Shown: positions 35,532 to 36,698 of the stretch, piece by piece
Numbering within the stretch: the stretch's first letter is position 1
How the letters are laid out: each line of letters starts with the position of its first letter
Origin: an uncultured Ruficoccus sp.
Lineage (GTDB): Bacteria; Verrucomicrobiota; Verrucomicrobiia; Opitutales; Cerasicoccaceae
Assembly: GCA_965140785.1 (NCBI GenBank)
Contig: OZ223500.1
Coordinates: 1 to 36,698 of the forward strand
Direction: 5' to 3'
DNA: 36,698 nucleotides
Position numbers and translations under genes: made by a program
The notes under the pieces: generated by a model
What the model saw: only the letters and a program-made list of their open reading frames with translations
Databases searched by the model: none
What the model was told of the DNA's origin: nothing

Positions 35532-36698
35532 ATGCAATCCGTCCGCCTTTTTCTCCTCAGCCTGCTCATTTCGCCACTCGCGCTGGCCCAGCTCCCCAAC
35601 CAGAACCCGGCCCAGCCGCCGCTGGCACCCGCCGGGGACGGCCTCAAGCTCCCCGCTGGGTTCAAGGCCGAGGTCGTCCACCCCGCCGTCGGCCCGGCCC
35701 GCCACCTCGCCGTCCGCGAGAACGGCGACCTCTACGTGCGCCTGAGCAAGGACACCCACGGCGGGGGCATTGCCGCCCTGCGCGACGCCGACGGCGACGG
35801 CAAGTACGAGCAGGTCGAGTACTTCGGCGCCGGCACCGGCACGGGCATCGCCCTGATCACGCTCTCCACCCCCGCCGGGCCGATCGAGTACGTCTATTAC
35901 TCCAGCGCCACCGAGGTCATGCGGCAGGAATTCGCGGGCAACGAACTGGTCCCGGCCGGTCCGGTCGAAACCGTTGTCATGGGCTTCCCCCGCCAGCACG
36001 CGCACAACGCCAAGTCCTTCGCCTACGACGGCGAGGGGCGGCTCTTCGTCAACTCCGGCGCCCCCTCCAACGCCGGGCAGGAAAAGGACCGCACGCCCGG
36101 CTCCCCCGGCGTCGTCAACCCCCCGCTGCTGGAGCGAACGGGCGGCATCTGGGCCTTCGACGTGGCCGAGACCGGCCAGCGCCAGAGCGACGGCGAACGC
36201 TTCGCCACCGGCTTGCGCAACTGCGTGGCCCTGGCCTGGAACCCCGCAGCCGGCCACCTCTACGCCGTCATGCACGGGCGCGACCAGCTCGATTTCCTCT
36301 TCCCCAAGCTCTACTCCCAAAGCGATAACGCCCGGCTCCCGGCCGAGGAGATGTTTCTGCTCACGCAAGGCAGCAACGGCGGCTGGCCCTACACCTACTG
36401 GGACCCCTTTACCCATCGCCGCATGCTCGGCCCCGAGTACGGCGGCGACGGCAAGACCGTGTGGAAGCCCGGCCTCATTCCGGGCCTGGAGGGCGATCCG
36501 GACTTTCAGGACCCGATCATCGCCATGCCCGCCCATTGGGCGCCCAACGGGCTGGCCTTCTACACCGGCTCGCAGTTCCCCGAGCGCTACCAGAACGGCG
36601 CCTTTATCGCCTTCCACGGCTCTTGGAACCGCGCCCCCCTCATGCAAGGCGGCTACAACCTCGTCTTCGTCCCCTTCGACGGAGAAAAGCCCTCTGGC
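35532..36698 (+). CDS. Exported glucose/sorbosone dehydrogenase-family (PQQ-dependent beta-propeller) protein, truncated by the window end; not in the ORF track
   Basis: Manual translation: MQSVRLFLLSLLISPLALAQ...LKLPAGF...ARHLAV..NGDLYV...LRDADGDG...FATGLRN...HGRDQL...LPAEE...GWPY...AHWAPNGLAFYTG.QFP...AFHGSWNRAP. Confidence 0.88.
   Translation, partial: MQSVRLFLLSLLISPLALAQLPNQNPAQPPLAPAGDGLKLPAGFKAEVVHPAVGPARHLAVRENGDLYVRLSKDTHGGGIAALRDADGDGKYEQVEYFGAGTGTGIALITLSTPAGPIEYVYYSSATEVMRQEFAGNELVPAGPVETVVMGFPRQHAHNAKSFAYDGEGRLFVNSGAPSNAGQEKDRTPGSPGVVNPPLLERTGGIWAFDVAETGQRQSDGERFATGLRNCVALAWNPAAGHLYAVMHGRDQLDFLFPKLYSQSDNARLPAEEMFLLTQGSNGGWPYTYWDPFTHRRMLGPEYGGDGKTVWKPGLIPGLEGDPDFQDPIIAMPAHWAPNGLAFYTGSQFPERYQNGAFIAFHGSWNRAPLMQGGYNLVFVPFDGEKPSG

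Noticed and set aside
34814..36647. Long ORFs 34814-36328 (+) and 35355-36647 (-)
   Set aside because: Shadow frames of pfkA and of the real sorbosone-dehydrogenase gene starting at 35532; low-complexity translations typical of high-GC DNA.

Overview
This is a high-GC bacterial chromosomal window. Gene content, the near absence of Shine-Dalgarno motifs and the protein styles suggest Verrucomicrobiota, probably Opitutales (inference). Housekeeping genes: oppABC without ATPase subunits, trmL, argH, dusB, ispH, stand-alone coaC, leuA, a glcD-like oxidoreductase, xylB and pfkA. Accessory genes: a DUF2126 fragment, a SAM methyltransferase, an esterase, DUF3313, DUF2071, an hpnO-like aminotransferase, a sorbosone-dehydrogenase-family gene and a large Ca-binding-repeat surface protein. 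I found no rRNA, tRNA, CRISPR array or transposase. Highlights: (1) eight intergenic sites with polarised 7-8-mer tandem-repeat tracts, G/T-rich on the left and C/A-rich on the right, several of them mutually complementary; (2) a second repeat class of opposite polarity and a three-copy multi-hairpin REP-like element; (3) a Leu-rich leader peptide upstream of leuA, absent from the ORF track, with no classical terminator; (4) a co-oriented uncharacterised trio of a fused ABC exporter, a small membrane-anchored beta protein and a large helical exported protein; (5) three tandem, probably paralogous envelope proteins; (6) an orphan hpnO-like gene; (7) four single-base homopolymer frameshifts, probably assembly errors.
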